In this document: piece after piece, positions 26,847 to 35,960 of the stretch
Position numbering within the stretch: position 1 is the first letter of the stretch
Layout: each line of letters begins with the position of its first letter
Virus record (IMG/VR): IMGVR_UViG_2721755498_000004
Strand: one strand, 5' to 3'
Length of the DNA stretch: 55,363 nucleotides
Origin: a virus
Lineage: Duplodnaviria > Heunggongvirae > Uroviricota > Caudoviricetes
Translations under genes and position numbers: made by a program
Notes under the pieces: generated by a model
The model's input: only the letters and a program-made list of their open reading frames with translations
Databases searched by the model: none
Told to the model about the DNA's origin: nothing

Positions 26847-27098
26847 TTAGTCCTGATTTTTATCCACCCTGAGTAGTTCGCGCAGAGCAAAGGCATCCCC
26901 TTTTCTGGCAAGCTTAAACAATGCCGCTCGTAACTCGGCTTCACCTTTCGCTCTGCCCTTACGGATGGCCGCATAAAAATCTGTCATTGCTTCCCGATTT
27001 TCTTTCAGTCGGTTCAGATCAACATCCAGAACGTCAGCGATTTGTTGTGCAGTCATCCGGCACGCTGCCAGAGACTCGACTTTCGAATACGGAATCAT
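26847..27098 (-). CDS. hypothetical protein (83 aa)
   Basis: Small helical, charged ORF upstream of TerS; overlaps the 3' end of the next gene by about 65 nt, so its true start is uncertain. Confidence 0.35.
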   Translation of the reverse strand: MIPYSKVESLAACRMTAQQIADVLDVDLNRLKENREAMTDFYAAIRKGRAKGEAELRAALFKLARKGDAFALRELLRVDKNQD

Positions 27099-27987
27099 TT
27101 GTCACCCCCATTGATATGCAGGGTGTCTTCTTCCTGTATTTTTCGTGAAGGATTTTTACTGCAGCGTTGTTCCAGGTGACCTGATGGTGAATGCGTTTAT
27201 GGCTGGCACCCATCAGTGAAATTTTTACGCACGACGGCGCATACATGACGGAGTAAAAACTTTTAACGTAGGTTCCGGAATCCAGATACAGCTCGGTCAT
27301 TCCGCCGCTGTTTTTCTGCGTCTGTTTCTGCCCTAACTGGACAGCACCGATCGTCATAAACAATTCACCACAGCGACCGAGATTCGTGTACGTATTCACA
27401 TCCTCGTTAATGCGCCCCATGAATGAGAACGGTCGATCAACCGAACAGATAAAGCTGTTCATTGCCTTGCGTTTCACCCACGAAGCATGGCCGCCATTGT
27501 CACCAAGAAAATCCCCGCCCTGCGACATAGCGATGGAAAGAGCAGGTATTGATTCGTAGTACGCCAGCATTTCAGAAAGGATCGCATCCAGTTTCCTTAT
27601 CGGAAAATAGGCCTGGTCATAGTTGCGATCCACCCGAAACTGGAACTCGTGATAATCATCATCGAGCTGAATGAAGTATTTACACCCGACCAGTTTTGCC
27701 AGGTCAAAACAGGCATTACGGGCGTAAAAAATTGAGCGGCGGTCACAGAAATTATCGGCTTCGTCAAAACGACTGGCGATATCGGCTTTGGAAAACACCA
27801 GCACCTGTTCACCAAATTCAGCCATGTACTGATGCCGTGTCTTATCTTCATCATCAACAACGATAAAAATTTTCCCGGTATAGCCAGCACGACGCAACGT
27901 CCGGTAAGTCAGAACTTTGTCTGGTCGCCCGTGAGTCAGAATAAAGGCGCAAAAATCATCACGCATATTCCTCCTCCTCACCACCAT
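27034..27987 (-). CDS. uncharacterised protein with GT-A-like glycosyltransferase motifs
   Basis: 317 aa; FILTHGRPDK near the N-terminus, VVDDED, a DXD-like QLDDDY about 100 residues in, and NEDV further on, spaced as in family-2 GT-A enzymes. No TM segments. Motif reading only. Confidence 0.5.
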   Translation of the reverse strand: MVVRRRNMRDDFCAFILTHGRPDKVLTYRTLRRAGYTGKIFIVVDDEDKTRHQYMAEFGEQVLVFSKADIASRFDEADNFCDRRSIFYARNACFDLAKLVGCKYFIQLDDDYHEFQFRVDRNYDQAYFPIRKLDAILSEMLAYYESIPALSIAMSQGGDFLGDNGGHASWVKRKAMNSFICSVDRPFSFMGRINEDVNTYTNLGRCGELFMTIGAVQLGQKQTQKNSGGMTELYLDSGTYVKSFYSVMYAPSCVKISLMGASHKRIHHQVTWNNAAVKILHEKYRKKTPCISMGVTNDSVFESRVSGSVPDDCTTNR

Positions 27988-28750
27988 GCATGATCTCCAC
28001 CATGCGCTGCGTCATCCGGACAAATCCATTTTCAATAGCCTGCTGATAATCAATGATCACCAGCGCCGACTCCTCGAAAAAACACTGAATTTCAGCGGGG
28101 GCGTGAGCGTAATAGTCCGCAATTCTGCTGAAATTAAACACCGTGTGACGTTCTGCCGCACACAGGAGGAATTTCTCAATATCAGGCTCAAGGGACGCCG
28201 AACGTATCCGGCTGATCAGCTCCTGAGTTTTCGTATCGTCGTACAGTTCACTGATATCCGGTTTACCGCCCGACGGCTCATAAACAGGCGTATCAATTTT
28301 CGTCGTATACGGCTCCTCCTCATTTCCTGTACCGGGCAAAACATCCGTCAACAGTTCATCAATTTCTGTCGGGATGAAGCCTGTCAGGGAGACATCAAAA
28401 TCAGCATTGATTAGGTCCGACAGCTCCATCCGCAACAGATCTTCATCCCAGCCAGCATTCATCGGCAGGCGATTATCTGCCAGGCGGTACGCCTTTTTCT
28501 GCTCATCCGTCAGGCCAGACAGAACAATGACCGGAACAGAATCCATTTTGAGCATTTCAGCCGCCATAACACGACCGTGACCCGCAATAATTTCGCCCTT
28601 TTCGTCAATCAGCACCGGATTAGTCCAGCCGAATTGCTTAATACTTTCTACCAGTTGTGCCACCTGCTCAGGGCTGTGCGTCCTGGCGTTGTGCGCATAC
28701 GGTGACAATTCTTGTAATGGGCGATAGACTATCTTTAATTTCTCGCTCAT
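27959..28750 (-). CDS. ParB N-terminal-domain (ParB/Srx-like) protein
   Basis: 263 aa; N-terminal block ...NPVLIDEKGEIIAGHGRVMAA... with the GxxR motif of ParB-like nuclease/NTPase domains; acidic C-terminus; overlaps the GT-like gene by 29 nt. Confidence 0.65.
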   Translation of the reverse strand: MSEKLKIVYRPLQELSPYAHNARTHSPEQVAQLVESIKQFGWTNPVLIDEKGEIIAGHGRVMAAEMLKMDSVPVIVLSGLTDEQKKAYRLADNRLPMNAGWDEDLLRMELSDLINADFDVSLTGFIPTEIDELLTDVLPGTGNEEEPYTTKIDTPVYEPSGGKPDISELYDDTKTQELISRIRSASLEPDIEKFLLCAAERHTVFNFSRIADYYAHAPAEIQCFFEESALVIIDYQQAIENGFVRMTQRMVEIMHGGEEEEYA

Positions 28751-28887
28751 ACAGCCTTGCTTTATGAATAAAACGCACCCCAGCAGCCAGTGCTACTGGG
28801 GGCGGAGGTGTTGCTGGTAAAGTTAGGTATTGGATCAATGAGTGAGTCAACATAATATTAAACTCACAATTATAAATCAGCCATATA

Positions 28888-30345
28888 TTAGGAGCGCCAA
28901 AAAAAACCTGAAAACAATATAATAACAGGATAAATTTCAAGGCGACCAAGAATCATAGCTATGCACATTAAATATTTTGCAATGTCATTAAGCACTCCGA
29001 ATGACGATGCAGTAGCCCCAAAACCTAATCCCATATTATTAATACATGCAGCCACTGTTGCAAATGATGTAAGAAAATCATATCCCATACCATTTAACAC
29101 CAGTATAAAAAACACCGTGAAGAGAGTATAAAGAAAAAAGAAACTCCATACAGACCTCATTACACGATCTGTAACTATCTTCCCTCCTACATTTACACTC
29201 AACAACGCTCTGGGATGAGAAAGCTGATTTATCTCGTGTTTGCTTTGTTTGAAAAGTATAAGAAATCGAAGTGACTTAATTCCACCACAGGTTGAACCTA
29301 TACATCCCCCAAAGAAACTTGACAACAGCAAAAACACTATCGTGTGCGTGGGCCAGTTTGCATAATCCTGCGTAGCTAAACCATTATCAGTGAGCATGGA
29401 GCTGGCAAGAAAAAACGAATGAATAAAACTTCCATGCAAGTCATACATACCTATATGCCAGACCTGGAAAGAGGTAACAATGATCACCCCTAAGGCTATT
29501 AACAGAAAGAAACGAAGTTCAATATCTCTGATTAAAGGTTTTATCGTTTTTCTGCTAATAACAATATACCAAAGAGTGAAGTTGAAAGCCGATAGCAGGG
29601 AAAAAGAACCAGCCACCAGCTCAACCAAATAGTTATTAAAATATCCGATACTCTCGCTATGAGTTGAGAAACCACCAAGCGAAACTGTGGAAATCCCGTG
29701 ACAAATAGCATCAAACAAAGGCATTCCTGCAAGTCTATAACAGACAATACAAGCAATACCTAATAAAGAATAAGTTATCCACAGTGTCCGTGACGTATCG
29801 GCCAGGCGGGGAGTGAGTTTGTCATCCTTAAATGGCCCCGGCATTTCTGACTGATAAAGCTTTGCACCACCAATACCCAATAATGGCAATACTGCAACCG
29901 CCAGAACAATAACTCCTAAACCACCTATAAAATTTAACTGTGACCGATAGTACAAATATGCCCGAGGTAATGAACTAACATCATCAATTACAGTTGCTCC
30001 TGTTGTTGTTATTCCAGAAACCCCTTCAAACAGAGCATCAATGAACGTTAAATTAAGTTCTGAGTCAATCCATAAAGGGAATGCACTAATAACAGAAAAC
30101 AAAATCCAAAACATTACAATTATAATAAACCCATCACGGGTACGTAATTGAATGCCAGATTTCTTAGTTGTATACCACGCTCCGCCACCAATGCAAAAAA
30201 ATATAACGAAAGTTATAAAGAAAACGAACAGGCTTTTTTCTTTATAAAACAATGCTACAACCATTGGTGGCAACATTGAAAGACTATAGAGCCAAACCAA
30301 GAACCCACACATATGAGTAACAACTCTTACATGAGATGTATTCAT
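28888..30345 (-). CDS. trkG: TrkH/TrkG-family potassium uptake protein
   Basis: Polytopic membrane protein; from MNTSHVRVVTH it is 485 aa, the length of K-12 TrkG, which is a known Rac cargo gene; AT-rich relative to neighbours. Confidence 0.9.
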   Translation of the reverse strand: MNTSHVRVVTHMCGFLVWLYSLSMLPPMVVALFYKEKSLFVFFITFVIFFCIGGGAWYTTKKSGIQLRTRDGFIIIVMFWILFSVISAFPLWIDSELNLTFIDALFEGVSGITTTGATVIDDVSSLPRAYLYYRSQLNFIGGLGVIVLAVAVLPLLGIGGAKLYQSEMPGPFKDDKLTPRLADTSRTLWITYSLLGIACIVCYRLAGMPLFDAICHGISTVSLGGFSTHSESIGYFNNYLVELVAGSFSLLSAFNFTLWYIVISRKTIKPLIRDIELRFFLLIALGVIIVTSFQVWHIGMYDLHGSFIHSFFLASSMLTDNGLATQDYANWPTHTIVFLLLSSFFGGCIGSTCGGIKSLRFLILFKQSKHEINQLSHPRALLSVNVGGKIVTDRVMRSVWSFFFLYTLFTVFFILVLNGMGYDFLTSFATVAACINNMGLGFGATASSFGVLNDIAKYLMCIAMILGRLEIYPVIILFSGFFWRS

Positions 30346-30482
30346 ATCTAAATATTCTTTCAATTATAACCACCTTGCTGCAATATTATGATTATACTGT
30401 ATAAAATTTAACTCCTCTTAGATCTTACTTCACTGTTCCTTATGAAACAATCATCAAAATGAATCATATTGTAGTTAAGATT

Positions 30483-30947
30483 TTACTTTAAACACTGCTC
30501 GGTTATGTATTGCTGAGCACCTTCAAGTTGGGCCTGCATCATTACCAGTCGTTCCCGGAGGGTGAAATAATCCCGTTCAGCGGTGTCTGCCAGTCGGGGG
30601 GAGGCTGCATTATCCACGCCGGAGGCGGTGGTGGCTTCACGCACTGACTGACAGACTGCTTTGATGTGCAACCGACGACGACCAGCGGCAACATCATCAC
30701 GCAGAGCATCATTTTCAGCTTTCGCATCAGCTAACTCCTTCGTGTATTTTGCATCGAGCGCAGCAACATCACGCTGACGCATCTGCATGTCAGTAATTGC
30801 CGCGTTCGCCAGCTTCAGTTCTCTGGCATTTTTGTCGCGCTGGGCTTTGTAGGTAATGGCGTTATCACGGTAATGATTAACAGCCCATGACAGGCAGACG
30901 ACGATGCAGATAACCAGAGCGGAGATAATCGCGGTTACTCTGCTCAT
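30483..30947 (-). CDS. rzpR: i-spanin Rz
   Basis: 154 aa, near-identical to recalled lambda Rz ([15 protein letters not shown]...); follows the endolysin gene. Confidence 0.9.
   Translation of the reverse strand: MSRVTAIISALVICIVVCLSWAVNHYRDNAITYKAQRDKNARELKLANAAITDMQMRQRDVAALDAKYTKELADAKAENDALRDDVAAGRRRLHIKAVCQSVREATTASGVDNAASPRLADTAERDYFTLRERLVMMQAQLEGAQQYITEQCLK
30542..30727 (-). CDS. rzoR: o-spanin Rz1 (lipoprotein), embedded in Rz in the +1 frame
   Basis: 61 aa with lipobox LVVVGC and Pro-rich mature part, entirely inside Rz. Confidence 0.85.
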   Translation of the reverse strand: MRKLKMMLCVMMLPLVVVGCTSKQSVSQCVKPPPPPAWIMQPPPDWQTPLNGIISPSGNDW

Positions 30948-31420
30948 ACCTCAATCTCTCTGACCGTTCCGCCAGCTTCTTTGAATTTTGCAATCAGACT
31001 GTCAGCCTTATGCTCGAACTGACCATAACCAGCGCCCGGCAGTGAAGCCCATATATTGCTGCAACGGTCGATAGCCTGACGGATATCACCGCGATCAATC
31101 ATCGGCAAAGCGCCACGCTCTTTAATCTGCTGCAGCGCTACAGCATCCTGACTTTCTGGAGAAAAATCTTTCAGGCCAAGTTGCTTGCGGTAGGCATCCC
31201 ACCAGCGTGAAAGAAGCTGGTAACGTCCAGCGGCTGTTGATTTGAGTTTCGGATTTAGCGTGACAAGTTTGCGGGGGTGATCGGAGTAATCAGTGAACAG
31301 TCCGCCACCGACAATAACATCATAACCGTGATTTCTGGTTTTCTGCCGTCCGTTATCTGTTCCTTCTGACCATGCCACCATATCAAGGAAAGCTTTACGC
31401 TGGGAATTAAGTGTCTGCAT
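30944..31420 (-). CDS. R: endolysin, lambda R-type lytic transglycosylase
   Basis: 158 aa, near-identical to recalled lambda R (…[32 protein letters not shown]…). Confidence 0.9.
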   Translation of the reverse strand: MQTLNSQRKAFLDMVAWSEGTDNGRQKTRNHGYDVIVGGGLFTDYSDHPRKLVTLNPKLKSTAAGRYQLLSRWWDAYRKQLGLKDFSPESQDAVALQQIKERGALPMIDRGDIRQAIDRCSNIWASLPGAGYGQFEHKADSLIAKFKEAGGTVREIEV

Positions 31421-31423
31421 TAA

Positions 31424-31765
31424 TTACTCCTTATGGGCACCGAACTTGTTACCGATGACCCTCATTGCCGCACCACGAATAGCATCAACACCAATCAGCC
31501 CCACCCCACCACCAATGGCAACAGAAAGTGATTTAGGCCATCCGACATACTCAAGCGCGGATGCAAAGGTCAGCGTCAGAGCACCACAAAGCAGAATCTC
31601 AAGCGTTTTTCGTTTCCAGCCGCCGCCACAGCCAAAATAGGCAATGCGCAAACCAGCCATAATAATTGACATAACCACTGCACCCAGCGGCGTATCTCCA
31701 CGCCACCAACTTTGTAAGAGTTCCAGTAAGTCAGGCCAGGAATGAGGGGCATTGTGCATTTTCAT
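31424..31765 (-). CDS. holin (class I-like) with dual-start motif
   Basis: Three predicted TM segments, directly upstream of the endolysin. ATG codons at 31765 and 31759 give MKMHN..., a Met-Lys-Met dual start like lambda S; GGAGG RBS upstream. Track start 31774 is GTG. Confidence 0.7.
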   Translation of the reverse strand: MKMHNAPHSWPDLLELLQSWWRGDTPLGAVVMSIIMAGLRIAYFGCGGGWKRKTLEILLCGALTLTFASALEYVGWPKSLSVAIGGGVGLIGVDAIRGAAMRVIGNKFGAHKE

Positions 31766-31861
31766 AAGCCTCACCTCCGAGAGTTCGGATGGTGCTAAGT
31801 GTAAGATTCAGGCTCTCAGGCTTGCTAACAAGAAGTCGAGGATGTTTCCGGAGCCTAACAA

Positions 31862-31888
31862 CGAAAAAGCCCCGGGACATGCCGGGGC
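31862..31888 (-). terminator. rho-independent terminator candidate after the Q-S moron
   Basis: 7-bp GC stem gccccgg/ccggggc with 6-nt loop, followed on the minus strand by UUUUU. Confidence 0.55.
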
Positions 31889-31982
31889 CAGATGGAGTGC
31901 CAGATTAAGCTTCTGGCGGTATATACTCGTGTTTGATATCGTTAAATCGCCAAAAGTAACAATTCAAACAAAGAGGATTTTT

Positions 31983-32144
31983 ATGTCTGAAAAAAACAAA
32001 CCACAAGGTGAAAATAAACCTCAGCAACCCGTGGCACCAAAACCAACTCCAACACAAAGTACTACAGACTTTGCTACACGTCGTGTTTTTGTTGGAGATT
32101 CTGCCGACTCAGTCATTGAACATATAAAAAAACAGCCGAGATAA
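31983..32144 (+). CDS. hypothetical small hydrophilic protein (53 aa, Pro/Gln-rich)
   Basis: Internal ATG of ORF 31752..32144 preceded by aaagagga RBS; convergent with, and overlapping by 32 nt, the 3' end of the membrane-protein gene. Confidence 0.35.
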   Translation: MSEKNKPQGENKPQQPVAPKPTPTQSTTDFATRRVFVGDSADSVIEHIKKQPR

Positions 32145-32682
32145 ACATCGCCGCTACCGGAGCAAGGATGGTATACATCCTTGCTTTATCGAGACTCGTG
32201 CGGATTTTCTCATTTTCCAACAGTAACTCTCTTGCTGTATCACTCAAGTCAACAAGGCGATACCTTCGTATAAGCGGCAATAACTTATCAGGTCCTAAAT
32301 ATCCTGCATCAGCGAATATTTTAAAGCTCGAGGGCTCCATATCCTTATATTTTTCATGATATAGATGATCAGGAGGGGCATTGATCAGGCCCCTAACCTT
32401 CACAGATAAACCAGTACATACCAAGTAAATAGCGCACCATGTCCATAGTAATGTAAATGTGGTAATTCCGGCGGTGAGAAAATCGAAATTAGTTTTCTGT
32501 GTCAGCAATAAAAAAGATGAACCAATTCCAACAATCTGAATGTTCAGAAGTTTGTATCCATTCTCAACATTGGTTTTGTTAGAAAGATGAATCTCTCGTA
32601 TCGTCTCTTCCCCTTGTTTTTCAAGATAATCGACGAGCTCATCATCTACTCCTAAAAAATAATCTTTAGGTAGTTCTCTCAT
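32113..32682 (-). CDS. uncharacterised membrane protein (189 aa, about 3 TM segments)
   Basis: AT-rich ORF between the Q-like gene and the holin; acidic N-terminus, two central TM helices, soluble segment, C-terminal TM helix. No family recognised. Confidence 0.55.
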   Translation of the reverse strand: MRELPKDYFLGVDDELVDYLEKQGEETIREIHLSNKTNVENGYKLLNIQIVGIGSSFLLLTQKTNFDFLTAGITTFTLLWTWCAIYLVCTGLSVKVRGLINAPPDHLYHEKYKDMEPSSFKIFADAGYLGPDKLLPLIRRYRLVDLSDTARELLLENEKIRTSLDKARMYTILAPVAAMFISAVFLYVQ

Positions 32683-32790
32683 CTCACCTCCACATCCTGT
32701 ACTGAAAACAATTTTACCAGAATGTCTCGATTCTAGGTATTCCGCCAGGAATCGCGCTCCAGAAATGAAACATCAGGTTCGCCAGTACCA

Positions 32791-32820
32791 GAAACAACAA
32801 AACCCGCTCAATGGCGGGTT
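32791..32820 (-). terminator. rho-independent terminator candidate downstream of Q (tR'-like position)
   Basis: Stem aacccgc/gcgggtt with 6-nt loop, followed on the minus strand by ttgttgttt. Confidence 0.45.
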
Positions 32821-32903
32821 CTGGTAAAGTTCATGCGCTTGGTTCGCCTCGCGATACAGCTTTGCGAAGCATACCGGAATTGAAGCAGTTTATGCGTAAA
32901 AAA

Positions 32904-33106
32904 TCAAGCTATTTTTTGAGCAAATGATTCTCGCATGGGAATATATAGGGCATACTCAGCAACAGCCAACCAATTAGCAATTCGCTTTTCGCATGTGCTA
33001 AAACACCACTCAGGATGTGCATCATTTAGCAATTCAGCCATTTTGCGCTTAGTCATCCCCCGTCCTTCATACCGTTGCCGGAGGACACTAATCAATCCAG
33101 GATGCT
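32904..33106 (-). pseudogene. late antiterminator Q-like protein, C-terminal fragment (gene split by IS3)
   Basis: The frame of ORF 32904..33122 reconnects exactly with the fragment at 34365..34707 once IS3 and one GCT copy are removed. Q identity is from position after the nin genes, not a recognised motif. Confidence 0.5.
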
Positions 33107-33171
33107 TGATCTTACCCAGCAATAGTGGACACGCGGCTAAGTGAGTAAACTCTCAGTCAGAGGTGACTCAC

Positions 33172-33471
33172 ATGACAAAAACAGTATCAACCAGTAAAAA
33201 ACCCCGTAAACAGCATTCGCCTGAATTTCGCAGTGAAGCCCTGAAGCTTGCTGAACGCATCGGTGTTACTGCCGCAGCCCGTGAACTCAGCCTGTATGAA
33301 TCACAACTCTACAACTGGCGCAGTAAACAGCAAAATCAGCAGACGTCTTCTGAACGTGAACTGGAGATGTCTACCGAGATTGCACGTCTCAAACGCCAGC
33401 TGGCAGAACGGGATGAAGAGCTGGCTATCCTCCAAAAGGCCGCGACATACTTCGCGAAGCGCCTGAAATGA
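33172..33471 (+). CDS. insE: IS3 transposase OrfA
   Basis: [32 protein letters not shown]... recognised as IS3 InsE; ATG 9 nt inside the track ORF, which starts at GTG 33163. Confidence 0.9.
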
Positions 33472-34334
33472 AGTATGTCTTTATTGAAAAACATCAGGCT
33501 GAGTTCAGCATCAAAGCAATGTGCCGCGTGCTCCGGGTGGCCCGCAGCGGCTGGTATACGTGGTGTCAGCGGCGGACAAGGATAAGCACGCGTCAGCAGT
33601 TCCGCCAACACTGCGACAGCGTTGTCCTCGCGGCTTTTACCCGGTCAAAACAGCGTTACGGTGCCCCACGCCTGACGGATGAACTGCGTGCTCAGGGTTA
33701 CCCCTTTAACGTAAAAACCGTGGCGGCAAGCCTGCGCCGTCAGGGACTGAGGGCAAAGGCCTCCCGGAAGTTCAGCCCGGTCAGCTACCGCGCACACGGC
33801 CTGCCTGTGTCAGAAAATCTGTTGGAGCAGGATTTTTACGCCAGTGGCCCGAACCAGAAGTGGGCAGGAGACATCACGTACTTACGTACAGATGAAGGCT
33901 GGCTGTATCTGGCAGTGGTCATTGACCTGTGGTCACGTGCCGTTATTGGCTGGTCAATGTCGCCACGCATGACGGCGCAACTGGCCTGCGATGCCCTGCA
34001 GATGGCGCTGTGGCGGCGTAAGAGGCCCCGGAACGTTATCGTTCACACGGACCGTGGAGGCCAGTACTGTTCAGCAGATTATCAGGCGCAACTGAAGCGG
34101 CATAATCTGCGTGGAAGTATGAGCGCAAAAGGTTGCTGCTACGATAATGCCTGCGTGGAAAGCTTCTTTCATTCGCTGAAAGTGGAATGTATCCATGGAG
34201 AACACTTTATCAGCCGGGAAATAATGCGGGCAACGGTGTTTAATTATATCGAATGTGATTACAATCGGTGGCGGCGGCACAGTTGGTGTGGCGGCCTCAG
34301 TCCGGAACAATTTGAAAACAAGAACCTCGCTTAG
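33468..34334 (+). CDS. insF: IS3 transposase OrfB (DDE domain)
   Basis: 288 aa, recognised as IS3 InsF; overlaps orfA as expected for the -1 frameshift fusion. Confidence 0.9.
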
Positions 34335-34364
34335 GCCTGTGTCCATATTACGTGGGTAGGATCA

Positions 34365-34707
34365 GCTCTGCCAGCACCTCACTTATGACTCTATCAATAC
34401 ATAACGCCTCTGCATCAGTACAATGCGCCAGCCAGGTCTTTTGCTTGCCATTGATCATCTCTCGCAAAAACGCTTCCAGCTCAGGTTTCTCTATTCCCGC
34501 TTTTTTCATCCTGCGCAGGGCTTCATTGACGGCTGTTTTCGTCAATTTTTTGGATGCCAGCAACTGGTTAAACATATTTCCCGTCTTACCGCCGCCAATA
34601 TACGACCAGCGCCCCCACATGCGCAGTTTTCCCTGAATCCAGACACTTTCCAGCGTGGTGAGACGAAGGTGTTCCCCGCTTTTGCCTGTATTTGTTGGGT
34701 AAATCAT
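34365..34707 (-). pseudogene. late antiterminator Q-like protein, N-terminal fragment (gene split by IS3)
   Basis: Start taken at ATG 34707 (MIYPTNTGKS..., AGGAAGG RBS, ATGA overlap with the upstream stop); the frame runs into IS3 and stops after 5 IS-encoded codons at 34348. Confidence 0.5.
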
Positions 34708-34994
34708 AAATAACCTTCCTTTCTCCAGATTTCTTGTGTGCGAAAAACACCTTCTGCATGCATCAGGCGTAATTCTTCTTTGGTGTAATCGCTGGTTTTT
34801 ACCCGCCCGTCGATTAAATCGTGGCATGAGCTACAGGCAATCGCTGCCTGCATATCGTGTGGTTTTGTCGCTGTTCCGCACGTCCCCGCCAGCCTGTAAT
34901 GCGCCAGCACAGAGGTTTCGGGATTGTGATTGCAGTAGCCAGGGATTCTGATCTGGCACATCTGGCCTTTAGCCGCTTTACGTAAATTCACCAT
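34704..34994 (-). CDS. DUF1364-family protein, YbcO-like
   Basis: 96 aa with Cys cluster (..CQIRIPGYCN..ETSVLAHYR..C...IACSSCHD..) resembling recalled DLP12 YbcO; nin-region position. Confidence 0.7.
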   Translation of the reverse strand: MVNLRKAAKGQMCQIRIPGYCNHNPETSVLAHYRLAGTCGTATKPHDMQAAIACSSCHDLIDGRVKTSDYTKEELRLMHAEGVFRTQEIWRKEGYL

Positions 34995-35593
34995 TACGCA
35001 AACTCCAGTAGTTGTGCGGCCACATTTTCAACTTCCTCCTGAGAGGAGAATTTACGGAACAGAATCCAGTTCCACAGCACATTCAGAACAGATTTATAAA
35101 CCTGCTGAAACTCGGTTTCGTCCATATTCGCAAACGCGATGGATTTCGCCCTGCGCCCACGGCTACCGTCCGGATAAATATGCTCGGTGTAAAATCCGGC
35201 CTGAATGGTTACCCACTCGCGGAAAGCCTCAAACGACTTTAGCAATGCCGTATCCCGAGTTCTGCGTGTCGCAACTGTATTTAGATATTGCTCTGCGGCA
35301 TCACTCAGGGCTGGTGTGTGTTCCCGACCAACTGATTCGCACAAGTAATCCACGAAACCAGACAGCAGTTCTCGTTCGCGAGGTGTGATCGCCCCACCGA
35401 CCGGAGTCCAGTAATCGAATCCCAGTTGCAGGAGTTTGAAAAAACGCTTGTGGAATGCGTAGTTACGCACACGCTTAAAGTCTGCGTGTATCCACTCACC
35501 TATTTTGATTTGATGCAGAAAATCGCAACTCTCCGGCGTCGCCGGGAGAAGTAAACCAGAAGAGGTTTGTTTGACCAGTTGTATATGCGCCAT
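34994..35593 (-). CDS. nin-region protein (DUF1367-like)
   Basis: 199 aa immediately upstream of the YbcO-like gene; family assignment is from weak recall. Confidence 0.45.
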   Translation of the reverse strand: MAHIQLVKQTSSGLLLPATPESCDFLHQIKIGEWIHADFKRVRNYAFHKRFFKLLQLGFDYWTPVGGAITPRERELLSGFVDYLCESVGREHTPALSDAAEQYLNTVATRRTRDTALLKSFEAFREWVTIQAGFYTEHIYPDGSRGRRAKSIAFANMDETEFQQVYKSVLNVLWNWILFRKFSSQEEVENVAAQLLEFA

Positions 35594-35873
35594 TTCTCAA
35601 TCTCTCGATGGCGCAGCGCAGCAGATGCCAGTTGTTCAGGCTGACGAATAAAGTATAAATAAACTGGCTATGGTGTAAAGCCCCACATAGCATGAACAAA
35701 CACTACATATCAAATAGCTGGTACAAGGATAGAAATACGACATTTATTATTAAAAACGATTAGATAAATTACATTTTAATGTTATGCAAAAGTTCTTTTT
35801 TATCATAACATTTCAATAAAAGCATTACAGATGCAATCATCCCGTCATCATCAATTATTTAAGGTGGTTAAAC

Positions 35874-35960
35874 ATGGAAAATAACAAGTTCGCACATCTC
35901 GCTCCTTTTTTATCCGTAATCCTTTTCGCTTGTTGTTTTATATGGGCATTATTTTTATAA
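35874..35960 (+). CDS. candidate small hydrophobic membrane peptide (28 aa)
   Basis: Hand-found ORF MENNKFAHLAPFLSVILFACCFIWALFL preceded by AAGGTGG at 6-nt spacing, in a 790-bp AT-rich stretch with no other ORF. Confidence 0.35.
   Translation: MENNKFAHLAPFLSVILFACCFIWALFL

Larger units (their letters stand above)
33107..34364 (+). mobile_element. IS3 insertion sequence (1258 bp) with 3-bp GCT target duplication
   Basis: Ends tgatcttacccagcaatagtggacac... and ...gtgggtaggatca as recalled for IS3; GCT at 33104-33106 and 34365-34367; overlapping orfA/orfB. Confidence 0.9.

Noticed and set aside
32683-32903. tRNA genes in the Q-S interval (common in lambdoid phages)
   Set aside because: GGTTCG-like motifs occur (about 32776 and 32838) but without acceptor-stem or anticodon-arm complementarity; no cloverleaf could be drawn by eye. 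A tRNA scan would settle it.
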